64,000 bases of DNA from Candidatus Babeliales bacterium (GCA_963722075.1 CAVRJM010000001.1:1300690-1364689), one strand, 5' to 3'; counted from the first letter of the stretch, positions 1 to 10,062 are shown. Numbers and translations: made by a program. Notes: generated by a model from the letters alone, not told the origin.

Positions 1-1179
1 GTGATGCTCTACACTAAATTATTTGATATGTTTTCCCGCGAAAAAATGTTTTATATTCTTTCGGGAGTATACGGCATATTAACGGTTGTTTTTTCATTAT
101 TATTGATAAGCCCTATAGGCATATCAACTGCTGAAAATATATGTGCGCGTGAGGGTTCTGCTTTTTGGGCTACCCAAATTATTGGCTTTTTGTGGTATGT
201 ATTTGTTGAAAGTTATGGTTCATTGGTGATTGCTCTTTTCTGGGCGATAGCTTCTGATATTACCTTACCTGATTCAGCAAAAAAGGGGTTTTCATTGGTT
301 GTTGCTATTGGGCAACTTGGTGGTATTGTAGGCCCCTATTTTATTACCCGTTTACCGCGCTTTTTAGGGTTTTCTACCAGCGCACTTTCGGTATTTACCT
401 GCACCTTTTTTATTATTGGATCGATTCTATTACTGCGAAACTTTTTTAAAGTAACGCCATCAAATTTGCTGCAATCATTCCATGGCAAAAATGAAGCGCA
501 AGAAGAAAAAGAACAAGAGCCAGGATTTATGGAAGGGCTGGTGCTTTTATTAAAACATGGGTATTTGATTGGTATCTTTGGCGTTCTTTGTTTTTTTGAA
601 ATTATTGTTACCATTTTTGATTTCCATTTTCATACGCTGGCCGCATCGCATTATTCTGGTACGGCATTAGCAGAATATTTGGGAATTTATGGTTCCTCAG
701 TAAATGCCATTACCTTCTTATTCTTACTCCTTGGTATTAGTAATATCACGCGCATTTTGGGCGTTGGTGTTTCATTGGCATTGGTTCCGTTAATTTTTGG
801 TTTTGCGGTATTTGGTTTTACCATGTTCAATAGTTTAACCTTCTTATTTGCATTAATGGTCAGTTCAAAAGGTATCAATTATGCACTTAACGGACCTGCA
901 TTAAAGCAACTCTATATTCCTACCACGCATGATGTTCGCTTTAAATCACAAGCATGGATTGAGACCTTTGGTTCACGCGCATCAAAAGAAGCTGGATCAT
1001 TATTTAATATGTTGATGATACCATTACAAAAAAGTTTAGGAGAAGTTGCTGGGCGTGCACGCCATGTGGTGCTTAGTTCTTATTTAGGATTTGGTTTAGT
1101 TATTGCATGGTTTTTAATTGCGCTATATTTAGGAAGAACGTATAAACGTGCAATTGATGCTAAGAAAGTAGTGTGTTAA
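1..1179 (+). CDS. NTT/TLC-family nucleotide (ATP/ADP) translocase, 5'-truncated by window edge
   Basis: About 10 hydrophobic helices; motifs FVESYGSLVIALFWAIA and LKQLYIPT..RFKSQAWIETFGSR typical of TLC/Npt transporters. Confidence 0.85.
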   Translation: MMLYTKLFDMFSREKMFYILSGVYGILTVVFSLLLISPIGISTAENICAREGSAFWATQIIGFLWYVFVESYGSLVIALFWAIASDITLPDSAKKGFSLVVAIGQLGGIVGPYFITRLPRFLGFSTSALSVFTCTFFIIGSILLLRNFFKVTPSNLLQSFHGKNEAQEEKEQEPGFMEGLVLLLKHGYLIGIFGVLCFFEIIVTIFDFHFHTLAASHYSGTALAEYLGIYGSSVNAITFLFLLLGISNITRILGVGVSLALVPLIFGFAVFGFTMFNSLTFLFALMVSSKGINYALNGPALKQLYIPTTHDVRFKSQAWIETFGSRASKEAGSLFNMLMIPLQKSLGEVAGRARHVVLSSYLGFGLVIAWFLIALYLGRTYKRAIDAKKVVC

Positions 1180-1206
1180 AAAAGGGAGCTTTATGCTCCC
1201 TTTTTT
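1178..1206. terminator. Bidirectional intrinsic terminator
   Basis: AAAAAAGGGAGC-TTTAT-GCTCCCTTTTTT perfect hairpin with A/T tracts on both sides, at the translocase stop. Confidence 0.85.
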
Positions 1207-1566
1207 ATTCTTTGTTTGTGATGCTATTAAGCGTTTTCTTCTTCAAAAATAGATCCGCAGGCAAAGCATAAGAAGCCATCTTTAATATGTGAAGTTGCAT
1301 CTTGGGCCCATGTTAATAACTCATCGGCAGATTCTTGATCAAGTCTATTTGCTTTCATCAGATGGAGGTAACGTGAACATTTTTTTAAATTCTGACTACG
1401 TGAATCTTTTTTTAACCATTTCTCAATTTTTGCTTTTTGTTCTTCTGGTGATAATTGTGAAAATTTCTCTATGAATTGTTGTTTTTTTTGGGAGAGCTTA
1501 CCGAAAAACCCAATTTTAAAAAATAACCGTCCATCGCGATTGAATAGATTGTAAATACTTTCTCAT
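1205..1566 (-). pseudogene. Probable frameshifted hypothetical gene
   Basis: GAGAAGGTG-ATG start (MRKYLQS..) stops after 16 codons, while another frame stays open for more than 100 codons (KIGFFGKLSQKKQQFIEKFSQLSPEEQKAKIEKW...NKE*) and ends in the terminator. Confidence 0.45.
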
Positions 1567-1618
1567 CACCTTCTCAATGCTTTTATAAATTATATGGTTT
1601 TAGAATATCACGCCTTTT

Positions 1619-1646
1619 GTCATTCCGAACGAAGTGTGGGAATCCA
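1619..1646 (+). repeat. Family-A GTC-tagged palindromic repeat, single copy
   Basis: GTCATTCCGAACGAAGTGTGGGAATCCA; stem TTCC/GGAA. Confidence 0.75.
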
Positions 1647-1665
1647 TTTATTTATTGATACCTCC

Positions 1666-2169
1666 TTATTGATTCTTATAATACAAACTAAGAATTGCTT
1701 TTAAATTAGTGGTGGCAGTATCGCCTTGTTTTAATCGTTCTTGAATCTCTTTTGCCGTTAGCCAATAAGCAGCGCTAAAATCATTTTTTTCAAATGAAAT
1801 ATCGGTATGGGGAACTTTAATTTCATAGACCGCAACATAGCCATTTACTGTATGTTCAAAAGGAGAAATAAAACCCAAAAATGTATATGAAACGGTGCTG
1901 ATATCAAGCATCACTTCTTCTAAGACCTCGCGCTTTAATGCTTCTTGATAGGTTTCGCCTGAAATAACGCATCCGCCTACGCAGGCCAAATTATTGGGAT
2001 AATCAATCTTGGTAGGCGCGCGGCGTGGAATAAAAAATTTATTTTCATGCCTAATGAGTGCACATACTAAACGGAAATTTTTCTTTTTTTGTGCGAATGC
2101 ATCAGTGCGTTTCATGGTTGCTATAATAGTGCCAGAGGCATCTACTAAATCTATTAATTCATCAGTCAT
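1666..2169 (-). CDS. NUDIX hydrolase (Idi/YfcD-like)
   Basis: Nudix box GGCVISGETYQEALKREVLEEV; N-terminal ELIDLVD. Confidence 0.85.
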   Translation of the reverse strand: MTDELIDLVDASGTIIATMKRTDAFAQKKKNFRLVCALIRHENKFFIPRRAPTKIDYPNNLACVGGCVISGETYQEALKREVLEEVMLDISTVSYTFLGFISPFEHTVNGYVAVYEIKVPHTDISFEKNDFSAAYWLTAKEIQERLKQGDTATTNLKAILSLYYKNQ

Positions 2170-2251
2170 GATAATTCCAAATTTATAGCTTTATATAATA
2201 ATTATTTTATTATTATACCACAGTGATCGTTAAAACTAAAAAGGTGACATT

Positions 2252-2872
2252 ATGCTATTCAGATCAAAAATTGCTTGTGCAGCTCTATTACTAAATTTAT
2301 TTTTGTGCCCGTTAGCACAATCGAATGAAAGTCCTTTTAACCAAATAATAGAATTATTAGAATCCGGTGGTAACCATGATTATATTGGCGAACCGGTTTG
2401 CCAATTAGAACATGCCTTACAATGTGCTCAATTGGCAGTTGATGCTGGTGCTGATGATCAAACGGTACTAGCGGCATTACTTCATGATATTGGCCATTTA
2501 TGCGCATCTGGTGATAACGCAACGATGGGTGAATATGGCATCGATCAACATGAAAAAGTGGGCGCTCAATTTGTTCGTGATCATGGTTTGCCCGAAAAAG
2601 TTGCGCAACTTATTGAAGGTCATGTACAAGCAAAGCGGTATTTAACCGCTAAATATCCGGAATATTATCAAAAGCTTTCTGATGCTAGTAAACAAACGCT
2701 TGAATATCAAGGCGGCCCGATGTCGCCAGAAGAGGCTTTAGAATTTGAAAAAGACCCGTTATTTGAACAAAAGCTGCAAATGCGTTATTGGGATGAGCAA
2801 GCAAAGAAAGTGGGTTGGCAGGTAAAGCCGTTAGAAGATTATAAAACTTTGCTTGTTAATTATTTGCGTTAA
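2252..2872 (+). CDS. HD-domain metalloenzyme, PhnZ/TmpB-like oxygenase, with predicted signal peptide
   Basis: GEPVCQLEHALQCA, AALLHDIGH, HEKVGA, HVQAKRYL, LSDASKQTLEYQGG and RYWDEQAK fit the PhnZ-like HD family. Confidence 0.8.
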   Translation: MLFRSKIACAALLLNLFLCPLAQSNESPFNQIIELLESGGNHDYIGEPVCQLEHALQCAQLAVDAGADDQTVLAALLHDIGHLCASGDNATMGEYGIDQHEKVGAQFVRDHGLPEKVAQLIEGHVQAKRYLTAKYPEYYQKLSDASKQTLEYQGGPMSPEEALEFEKDPLFEQKLQMRYWDEQAKKVGWQVKPLEDYKTLLVNYLR

Positions 2873-4907
2873 AAAGATGTTTATGAGGGTAATTTTCTTT
2901 AATTTTATCCTGTAAAAACTTTTTAACTGCATCTGGTAATTTCTGAAGTGACGGTATAAATAGTTTAAATTCATCTGAGAATAAATAATCACTATTATCT
3001 TCTTCTATATGCTGTAAAGCATAATCAAATAGTAACATGGTTAAGAGGGATTGATCTTCTAGTTGCTTTTTATCATAAAAGCTATATTCAATTATTTGAT
3101 TTTCAAAAGAAACAAATAGTCGTCGATTATCATACGAAAATGCACAAGCGTTAGGTAGATCATAGGTATTATAAGGGATGGTTGTTATACATTCGCCGGT
3201 TTGGATTTCTATTATTTGAATTTCTTCTCGTGCTGTTGGTGCATGCTTGTTTTTCAAAGTTGCCATAAGGGCACCATTAGGTGAAAAAACTAATTTATCT
3301 AAAGGTGATTTTTGTGGCAATTCTTTAAGAGATTTTTCAGCTTGTATATCCAATAAGCAAATGGCGTCTTCATCATTATATGCTAATACATTTGATGTTG
3401 GTGAAAAAGCAAAATCATATATTTTTTTATGAGTAGTATATGTTGTCACTATTGAATGTTTGGAATAATCATAAATATGAATTTTGCTATTCTCTTTTGA
3501 ATCTTCATTAATAGCAATAAGAGGGCCGTTGCGTGAAAATGCATGTTTAGTTGATAGTTGGTTATTAACGGTGATGGTTTGGTTAGTATTAAAATCATGC
3601 AAATAAGTAGCATGCGGGTTTTGAGTAGAATATACTAGCTTATTATTTGGAATGAAGGTTATTGCTGCACAACAGCTATCTGAGTTAATAGTTTTAATAC
3701 ATTTACCAGTGTTTACATCCCATATTTTAATTAGATTATTATCGGTCCCTTTTTTTTGTTGGCTTGCTAAAAAAGCACCATCTGGTGAAAAGCTAAAGCA
3801 TACATCTACAAGATTAATAGGTAGCTTACGTATTGGTTTCTTGGTTATGCAATCAATGAATGCAGTATCTTTAATTGTTTTTCTTATAAAAGCTGTTTGA
3901 GTGGGTGATATAATAAATGCACCGTAATGACTGCTGGGTAGTTGTCTTAAAATGAACGATGAGGTTACTTTTTGTGCTATCTGCTTTGAAATGGTATTAA
4001 TTCTTGTTGAATGATTAATGATCTGCTGTACTAATAGCTGTTCTTGCTGCGGGGTAAGTTTAAACGCATTAAACCAAGAAATAAAGCCGGTAATAGTTTT
4101 GCTATATTTTTTTTGGGCTAATTCATACAGTTTTTCTAAGCAACTACTAGTTATTAATGAGAAATTAGTTTGCTGAACATAATCCAATAAGTGTGCAAGA
4201 GATGTTTGCGTATAAGTAGTCCTAATACGGTTAATAATATGTGGTATACATAAATTTACTAAAGAAGGTATTTCAGCAGCTGGTAAAAAATAAGAAGTTT
4301 GCGGTGCTCGTATTTTTTGCTCGGTTGAAGCATATTCAAAAAATAAACTGTCTGATTTTTTTAGCAAGGGATATCCTATTTGAGCAGATTGCCCAATAAG
4401 GTTGTTAATGGCATTGCGCAGTGCGTTGACAGTTTTTGTCCACTTATCGCACCCATTATTATACAAAGTAATAATTTGTGATAACCCATGCAGTTGCTTA
4501 TGATGAATAAGAAAATCAATCAAAGGTAAAAGTTGTTCCAGAGCATTGTTAAAAAGCAGTTGATCTTCTTCTTGTTGAAGATGAATAATAGGCTCTATTA
4601 GTGTGCTGCATAAATAATCAATCAGCTCATGATGAGTAGTATGCTGAATTAATTGAATCATAGCATTAAGTTGTTGATTAAGTGGTAGATTAGGGGTAAA
4701 GATCGAATTCAAAATATCTTGAAAGCAGTTATTATCCTGGTGATTAAAGGCATGTTCAAGTTGCTGTGCAATGTGGGTAATTGAAGAACTTTCTTGAATT
4801 GATATGTTGGTATTGCTTGTATACGCTGTCTCCATAGAATATGTAAAGAAACCAGCAGTACTTAATGCAAATAGAAAATAAAGTAATTGCTTACCAATGA
4901 AATCCAC
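2856..4907 (-). CDS. Secreted WD40 beta-propeller protein with helical N-terminal region
   Basis: Signal peptide then MET; repeats FSFSPDGAFLAS..IKIWDVNTGKCIKT, FAFSPTSNVLA, LVFSPNGALMA, CAFSYDNRRL. Confidence 0.8.
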   Translation of the reverse strand: MDFIGKQLLYFLFALSTAGFFTYSMETAYTSNTNISIQESSSITHIAQQLEHAFNHQDNNCFQDILNSIFTPNLPLNQQLNAMIQLIQHTTHHELIDYLCSTLIEPIIHLQQEEDQLLFNNALEQLLPLIDFLIHHKQLHGLSQIITLYNNGCDKWTKTVNALRNAINNLIGQSAQIGYPLLKKSDSLFFEYASTEQKIRAPQTSYFLPAAEIPSLVNLCIPHIINRIRTTYTQTSLAHLLDYVQQTNFSLITSSCLEKLYELAQKKYSKTITGFISWFNAFKLTPQQEQLLVQQIINHSTRINTISKQIAQKVTSSFILRQLPSSHYGAFIISPTQTAFIRKTIKDTAFIDCITKKPIRKLPINLVDVCFSFSPDGAFLASQQKKGTDNNLIKIWDVNTGKCIKTINSDSCCAAITFIPNNKLVYSTQNPHATYLHDFNTNQTITVNNQLSTKHAFSRNGPLIAINEDSKENSKIHIYDYSKHSIVTTYTTHKKIYDFAFSPTSNVLAYNDEDAICLLDIQAEKSLKELPQKSPLDKLVFSPNGALMATLKNKHAPTAREEIQIIEIQTGECITTIPYNTYDLPNACAFSYDNRRLFVSFENQIIEYSFYDKKQLEDQSLLTMLLFDYALQHIEEDNSDYLFSDEFKLFIPSLQKLPDAVKKFLQDKIKENYPHKHLFNANN

Positions 4908-5181
4908 TAAACCCTCCCATTTTAAATCAAGGTTATATAATCTAATTATAAAGAATAAAAAGAATTGTTCAAGAGTTGTTTTTTACAAATATAAATATTT
5001 TATTGTTGTTGCCTCCGATTATTTCTGAATTAACCGCAATATTTAATATTGGAATTTACGGTCTTTTAAAAACGGTAGAATCTTTTTATGATTGAAAAGT
5101 AGAAGCATATAATCTAGAAATATATGATAGAAAAGAAAGAAGATGATAGAATAGAGCAAAGTAAAGCAGTAGGAGAGTAGT

Positions 5182-5541
5182 ATGATTAGGGCATATACGT
5201 TCCTTTTCTTTTTTTTAATTATGGCTCATTTATATGGCCAAAATGATCCGGATTTGGTTCGTTTTAAAAATCTTATTGAAAAAACCGTATCGGGCGATTT
5301 TAAAAAAATACATGGTGAAGAACTTTTTGATATGTTTAGCTCTATTATTTCAAAGCCATCTAATACTTGTTATAAAAAATTAGCTTTTTTTGAATTGTTA
5401 AAAAGAAAATCAACGCATCCAACTATTAAAGAGGTTCTTAGCAAGAGCAAAGAAAAGCATCCGCGCATTTATAAGCAACTTGAGCAGATTTATAAACTGA
5501 ATCGAACGGCTCCGGTGGTTATTATGAATGAATGCTCTTAA
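5182..5541 (+). CDS. Hypothetical secreted protein
   Basis: AGGAG RBS, hydrophobic N-terminus, 119 aa. Confidence 0.65.
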   Translation: MIRAYTFLFFFLIMAHLYGQNDPDLVRFKNLIEKTVSGDFKKIHGEELFDMFSSIISKPSNTCYKKLAFFELLKRKSTHPTIKEVLSKSKEKHPRIYKQLEQIYKLNRTAPVVIMNECS

Positions 5542-5979
5542 TTACTTTTTAGAAAAATAATCATTGAGATGTTTCAAGAGTAAAGAAGGGTAGAGGGTAT
5601 GCAACTGCGGATCAAATTGGTTGATCTCCCACCAGCGATAATGAATCATTTCTCTGCGTTCATCTTCAGTATTATTATCAAAACTAATTGAAGCATTATC
5701 TATTTGCGCCAAGAAAATATATTCTTTAAATAAAATAGGCTGATCACGAACTGTGCGTACTTCTTGGGTGTACCAGCGATGAGTAGATTCTATTAGTGCG
5801 TTTTCTATTCCCGTTTCTTCAAAAAGTTCGCGCTGTGCTGCTTGAAAAAGTGTTTCGCCTTCTTCAACACCACCGCCGGGAGTGAGCCAAAATATTTCTT
5901 TGCCGTTATTAAATTGTAACAATAAAAATTTATTTTCAGTATTTAAAAGTACAACGCGTGCAGTGATTCGTTCTTTCAT
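5542..5979 (-). CDS. NUDIX hydrolase
   Basis: WLTPGGGVEEGETLFQAAQRELFEETG Nudix box; overlaps the upstream gene stop (coupled). Confidence 0.9.
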   Translation of the reverse strand: MKERITARVVLLNTENKFLLLQFNNGKEIFWLTPGGGVEEGETLFQAAQRELFEETGIENALIESTHRWYTQEVRTVRDQPILFKEYIFLAQIDNASISFDNNTEDERREMIHYRWWEINQFDPQLHTLYPSLLLKHLNDYFSKK

Positions 5980-6656
5980 AGGTAGGCCTTATAATTTAAA
6001 AATTCTTTAATTTTTTGTGCAATTTCAGCTGCAGATTCTTTATCGGTATTAACGGTTAAATCATAGGGCATATCCCAAAATACGGTAGCATAGTGGCTTC
6101 GCGCATGGCCTTTTGGAGAAGTGCCGCGTGCTGTTTCACGTTCTTCTAAGACCGTGATAGGTGCCTGCACCTTAACCCATACGGTAGGTATATTTTGTAG
6201 CTTATTTTGTAAATCTTGTAACCATTCTTTTTTATAAGCGATGTAATCAACGATACAGTTGCAGCCATTTTGTGCATAGGCGGCGATTGTGCTATTCATA
6301 GCGTAGGCAACTTTTTCGCCTTGTTCTCCTACATATAAGGTAATAATTGAATTATTATCATTGTCTTGTGTAGTTTCAACCCAACGAATAGGATTTGATG
6401 ATTGCCAATACGATAAATTTTGAGGGGTAATTTCTGGCATCGGGTTATCAAAGAGATTATCAATTCCCGGTTTAAGCCATAAATTAGGCATCATTAATGC
6501 TTGAAATTCTTTTTGAATAGAACTTTTTCCTGCCGCAGAAGGGCCATTAAGAATAATAACGGTTCCATATGAAGGTTTTTGGTTGTTATTATATATCATA
6601 TATATTCCACCAATGGTAATTAGTGTGCTTACTAAAATAATAAATTTATTGATCAT
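5976..6656 (-). CDS. Chloramphenicol phosphotransferase (CPT)-like P-loop kinase with N-terminal membrane anchor
   Basis: IILNGPSAAGKSSI Walker A, IVD, LEERETARG..GHARS, YDLTVNT. Confidence 0.75.
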   Translation of the reverse strand: MINKFIILVSTLITIGGIYMIYNNNQKPSYGTVIILNGPSAAGKSSIQKEFQALMMPNLWLKPGIDNLFDNPMPEITPQNLSYWQSSNPIRWVETTQDNDNNSIITLYVGEQGEKVAYAMNSTIAAYAQNGCNCIVDYIAYKKEWLQDLQNKLQNIPTVWVKVQAPITVLEERETARGTSPKGHARSHYATVFWDMPYDLTVNTDKESAAEIAQKIKEFLNYKAYL

Positions 6657-6676
6657 ATAAACTCTTTCATAACTTT

Positions 6677-6705
6677 ATGAGGAGATCAATTTTTGATCTC
6701 CTCAT
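6677..6705. terminator. Hairpin between hydrolase and CPT-like gene
   Basis: ATGAGGAGATCAA-TTT-TTGATCTCCTCAT 13-bp perfect stem; no clear U tract on the minus strand. Confidence 0.55.
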
Positions 6706-6714
6706 TATTATCGG

Positions 6715-7842
6715 CTAATTATTTTTTAAAATCCACTCAGCAATGATCTGCATTACTGTTGGTGCTATTGTTTCTTTTATCGTAGCATATTCGGCTAATG
6801 CACCTGTTTTGCATGTTTGAAACATATGATTCAAATTTGGTAATTCGATAAATGTACAATTATTATTCCCCGAATCGTTGAATGCTTGCTGCAATATAGG
6901 AAATGTTTTTTCACATGACACTATTGTATCGTGTGGACTTGCGATTACCAAGACAGCGCATTGCATTTCCTTAAGCATGTTACGAGGATCATAATAAGTA
7001 AAAAAGCGATAGCTTGGTGCCGTTAATTTCTCAATAAGCATATCAGCATTTTCTTGAGTAAAAGCAAAAGGTAACTTTTTTGCTTCTTCTTGTTGTGATG
7101 TGGGTAAACTCTGTAAGTATTGCATAATTACTTTGTGGATCATCTTTTGTGCTTTAGGCTGATCAGCTTCTTCTTTAATAATGTTGTAAACAATAGTCCG
7201 CACATGCTTATCGCGTTCAATAAAATCATGACTTGCGCCATCGGCTTGCAATTGTAATCCAGCTTGATAAATCAAATCGTGAACGCCAAGTGCAACATGA
7301 GGTGCCATAAGAATAGCAAAAGCGATATTTTTGCATTGTGATGCTACTAAAGATGCTATTAACCCTCCTTCGCTAAAACCAATAAGTCCGATTTTTGCTG
7401 AATCAATTTCTTCACGTGTTTTTAAATAATCGATACCAGCCATAACATCACGCGCAAGGTCTTCGCTCGTTACTGTTGACCAATCACCCGTTGATTGCCC
7501 AACGCCTCGTTTATCGTATCGTAATACGGCAATCCCTTGTTGTGTTAAATATTCTGCAAGCACCTTAAAATAAGTATGTCCCATACCGGTTAAGTTGCGA
7601 TCGTTTGGACCAAAACCTGCAATTAAAATAACCGTTGGGAAAGATGTAAGATTGTTGGGTACGGTTAAGGTACCAGCAAGGGTAATATGATCGATGGTGT
7701 TTTCAAAAAAGACCTCTTCTTGATGATATGTTATTTGGTTTTTAGAATTCATTGTTTTTATTCTTTCAATAATAAGATTATTTGTTTTTACTTGTGTAAT
7801 AAAAAAGAGCAGGCAGAACGCCATGCACTGTGTTTTATGCAT
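6715..7842 (-). CDS. Alpha/beta-fold serine hydrolase, probably exported
   Basis: LAGTLTVP, LRYDKRGVGQS, nucleophile elbow GFSEGG, LNHMFQ; start moved to ATG 7842 (AGGAA RBS). Confidence 0.85.
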   Translation of the reverse strand: MHKTQCMAFCLLFFITQVKTNNLIIERIKTMNSKNQITYHQEEVFFENTIDHITLAGTLTVPNNLTSFPTVILIAGFGPNDRNLTGMGHTYFKVLAEYLTQQGIAVLRYDKRGVGQSTGDWSTVTSEDLARDVMAGIDYLKTREEIDSAKIGLIGFSEGGLIASLVASQCKNIAFAILMAPHVALGVHDLIYQAGLQLQADGASHDFIERDKHVRTIVYNIIKEEADQPKAQKMIHKVIMQYLQSLPTSQQEEAKKLPFAFTQENADMLIEKLTAPSYRFFTYYDPRNMLKEMQCAVLVIASPHDTIVSCEKTFPILQQAFNDSGNNNCTFIELPNLNHMFQTCKTGALAEYATIKETIAPTVMQIIAEWILKNN

Positions 7843-7952
7843 GAAAATTCCTATGGAATTAATAACATTAAAAATTAATAAATGAGAAAAGTAGATAACT
7901 ACCCACTTTTTTAACAAGCGGTTCTATAGTAAAAATTGATAAAAGTTGGTAA

Positions 7953-7979
7953 TTAATTGAAAAGAATAAAAACTTTCAT
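7953..7979 (-). promoter_or_regulatory. Candidate leader ORF MKVFILFN
   Basis: 8-codon ORF upstream of the hydrolase, followed by a CCGCTT/AAGTGG hairpin; weak RBS. Confidence 0.3.
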
Positions 7980-8094
7980 AAGCTACCCGAATTCTTTCTA
8001 GTAAAGGGTAATGGAGATATTATTTTAATAATAGCAGGAAAATTGATACAAAACAAAAAAATTTAATGATTCTTACAATAGACTCAAAATAAGT

Positions 8095-8140
8095 AAAAAA
8101 ACGGAGTCTGGATAAATTTTCATCCAGACTCCGTTTTTTT
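8095..8140 (-). terminator. Intrinsic terminator of the ABC-2 exporter operon
   Basis: AAAAAAACGGAGTCTGGAT-loop-ATCCAGACTCCGTTTTTTT. Confidence 0.9.
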
Positions 8141-8931
8141 TATACATAATCAAGACGTTTTTTTAAATTGCGAATTCCCACAATAAAGCAAAAAGCTGAG
8201 AAAATAAGTATTACGCCAATGCATATCCAAAAATTAAGATAGCCTTCTTGCCCTAGTAGTGCTACTCGTGCGGCTTCAGTAATATAGATCATGGGATTGA
8301 GCAAATTAATATACGCAGCAATCGGCATTACTTTATATAATGAAAGCCAAGAAAATTGAAAACCACCCATGAACCACATAGGGAAAATATAACGCATCCA
8401 AATATTTTCCATTTGCATGATGTTTGGAATCTTGCTGGCTGCCCATAAAACAAATCCTGCATAAAAGATATTTTGTACCAGTAAAATAATTAGTAATTTG
8501 CCATACTGTATCGTAGTTAAATCAAACTGATTCCATAATGCTAATTTACCCATGGGAAGTATAAGCAGTGTAAAAATGAAATAGATAATAAAATAATAAA
8601 TAGCTTTACAAAGTAAAACGAACCATGAAGGTATAGGAAGTGTTAGATAGAAATTGATAATGCGCTCACCTTCTAAATCTGAGATAAATTCCACTACACT
8701 TGTATACATGGTAAAAAGACCTCCGGCACCAATCATAGCTGCATATTGAAACATACCAAAATTAGCATTTAAACCAAATAATGGCATAACATAGGCGGTT
8801 ACAATTAAACTCATTATCACCCATATAGCTAGGTTGATAAGTTTATCTAAAAAACCTTGTTTGAAGACGGTCATTTCTATTTTTACTAGTTGCGCACAAA
8901 TAGTGGCATATGATTTTATATTTGTATTCAT
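8140..8931 (-). CDS. ABC-2 type exporter permease (DrrB/NodJ-like)
   Basis: 6 TM helices, C-terminal LNPMIYITEAAR; downstream of its ATPase. Confidence 0.85.
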   Translation of the reverse strand: MNTNIKSYATICAQLVKIEMTVFKQGFLDKLINLAIWVIMSLIVTAYVMPLFGLNANFGMFQYAAMIGAGGLFTMYTSVVEFISDLEGERIINFYLTLPIPSWFVLLCKAIYYFIIYFIFTLLILPMGKLALWNQFDLTTIQYGKLLIILLVQNIFYAGFVLWAASKIPNIMQMENIWMRYIFPMWFMGGFQFSWLSLYKVMPIAAYINLLNPMIYITEAARVALLGQEGYLNFWICIGVILIFSAFCFIVGIRNLKKRLDYV

Positions 8932-8973
8932 ATAATCAATCTTCGTTTAAAAGTTTTACAAAAAGGTAAAGAT

Positions 8974-9060
8974 GTCATTGCGAGCTTGCGCGGCAATCCA
9001 TTTATGAAAATAAAGACTTTTATTTACTCACTGGATCCCCACGCTTACGCTCGGGATGAC
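8974..9060. repeat. Family-A repeat doublet, ATCCA ends facing, between ABC ATPase and permease
   Basis: GTCATTGCGAGCTTGCGCGGCAATCCA (8974-9000) and inverted GTCATCCCGAGCGTAAGCGTGGGGATCCA (9032-9060) around a 31-bp AT-rich spacer. Confidence 0.9.
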
Positions 9061-9123
9061 AATTGTTTATTTTTACTTACTTGACCCATAGTATTGAGTT
9101 TATCAAAGTGAATCTCATGGCTA

Positions 9124-9855
9124 TTAACCTTCGTTTAATAGGTTAACAAATAGATCTTCAAGATTTTTTTGTTGAAAATCAGCCATTAATTTTTCAGGGA
9201 CATCAATTAATTTTATTTGTCCTTTATCCAAAATACAGACGCGATCAGAAAGCTTTTCTGCTTCATCAAGATAATGGGTAGTTAATAACACCGTGATGCC
9301 ATTATTTTTAAGATCTTTAATTATTTCCCATAAATTTCTTCTAATATGCGGATCTAAGCCCACTGTTGGTTCATCAAAAATGATGATTTCGGGTTGATGG
9401 ATCAAGCTGCGGGCAATCATAAAGCGTTGTTTATAACCACCAGATAAAACGCCGGCATTTTTAGATAGATATTGCTGTAGATTCAGTTGTTTTGCTAAAA
9501 GATCAATACGTTCTTTTATAATCTCTTCAGAAAGACCGTATAATTTACCGGCAAAAGTAAGATTCTGTTCCAGCGTAAGTGCATTATTTAGATTTGGATG
9601 TTGCGGGCAAAAACCGATTTTAGACCTGAAAAAGGTAATATCATTATAAATTGAACTGCCATTATATTCGATATCGCCGCTGGTTGGTGGATGTAAGGTG
9701 GCAATGATTGATGATAAAGTTGTTTTGCCTGCGCCATTAATACCCAGTAGTGTAAGTATTTCGCCTTGATATATATCTAAGTTTATTCCTTTTAGAACGG
9801 GAGTAGCACCATAACTTTTTTGTATATTTTTAATTTTTAATACAATATTTTGCAT
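9124..9855 (-). CDS. ABC-2 type exporter ATP-binding subunit (DrrA/NodI-like)
   Basis: GINGAGKT, LSGGYKQR, FDEPTVGLDP, LTTHYLDEAEKLSDRV. Confidence 0.92.
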   Translation of the reverse strand: MQNIVLKIKNIQKSYGATPVLKGINLDIYQGEILTLLGINGAGKTTLSSIIATLHPPTSGDIEYNGSSIYNDITFFRSKIGFCPQHPNLNNALTLEQNLTFAGKLYGLSEEIIKERIDLLAKQLNLQQYLSKNAGVLSGGYKQRFMIARSLIHQPEIIIFDEPTVGLDPHIRRNLWEIIKDLKNNGITVLLTTHYLDEAEKLSDRVCILDKGQIKLIDVPEKLMADFQQKNLEDLFVNLLNEG

Positions 9856-9984
9856 GATTGTAACTATTTTTGATTTTTAAAATAGTAAAAATGTTATTAC
9901 TGTTTTAAAAAGGGGGTGTAATGAATGAAATAAAATAACAGAGTTTAATTATTATTATCCGTAAAAGAAAATTAATAATTAAAG

Positions 9985-10014
9985 TTAGCGGATGAAGGTG
10001 CTTGAAACTTTCAT
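9985..10014 (-). promoter_or_regulatory. Candidate leader peptide MKVSSTFIR
   Basis: AGGAGA RBS 8 nt before ATG; lies between a consensus promoter and the ABC ATPase; hairpins follow. Confidence 0.55.
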
Positions 10015-10062
10015 GACTTTTTTCTCCTGAAATGAGAGAAATGTTTTATAGATTATTTTATC

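Noticed and set aside
9077-9118. Short ORF MRFTLINSILWVK between the ABC ATPase and permease
   Set aside because: No supporting structure or similarity; may be chance or debris from the repeat insertion
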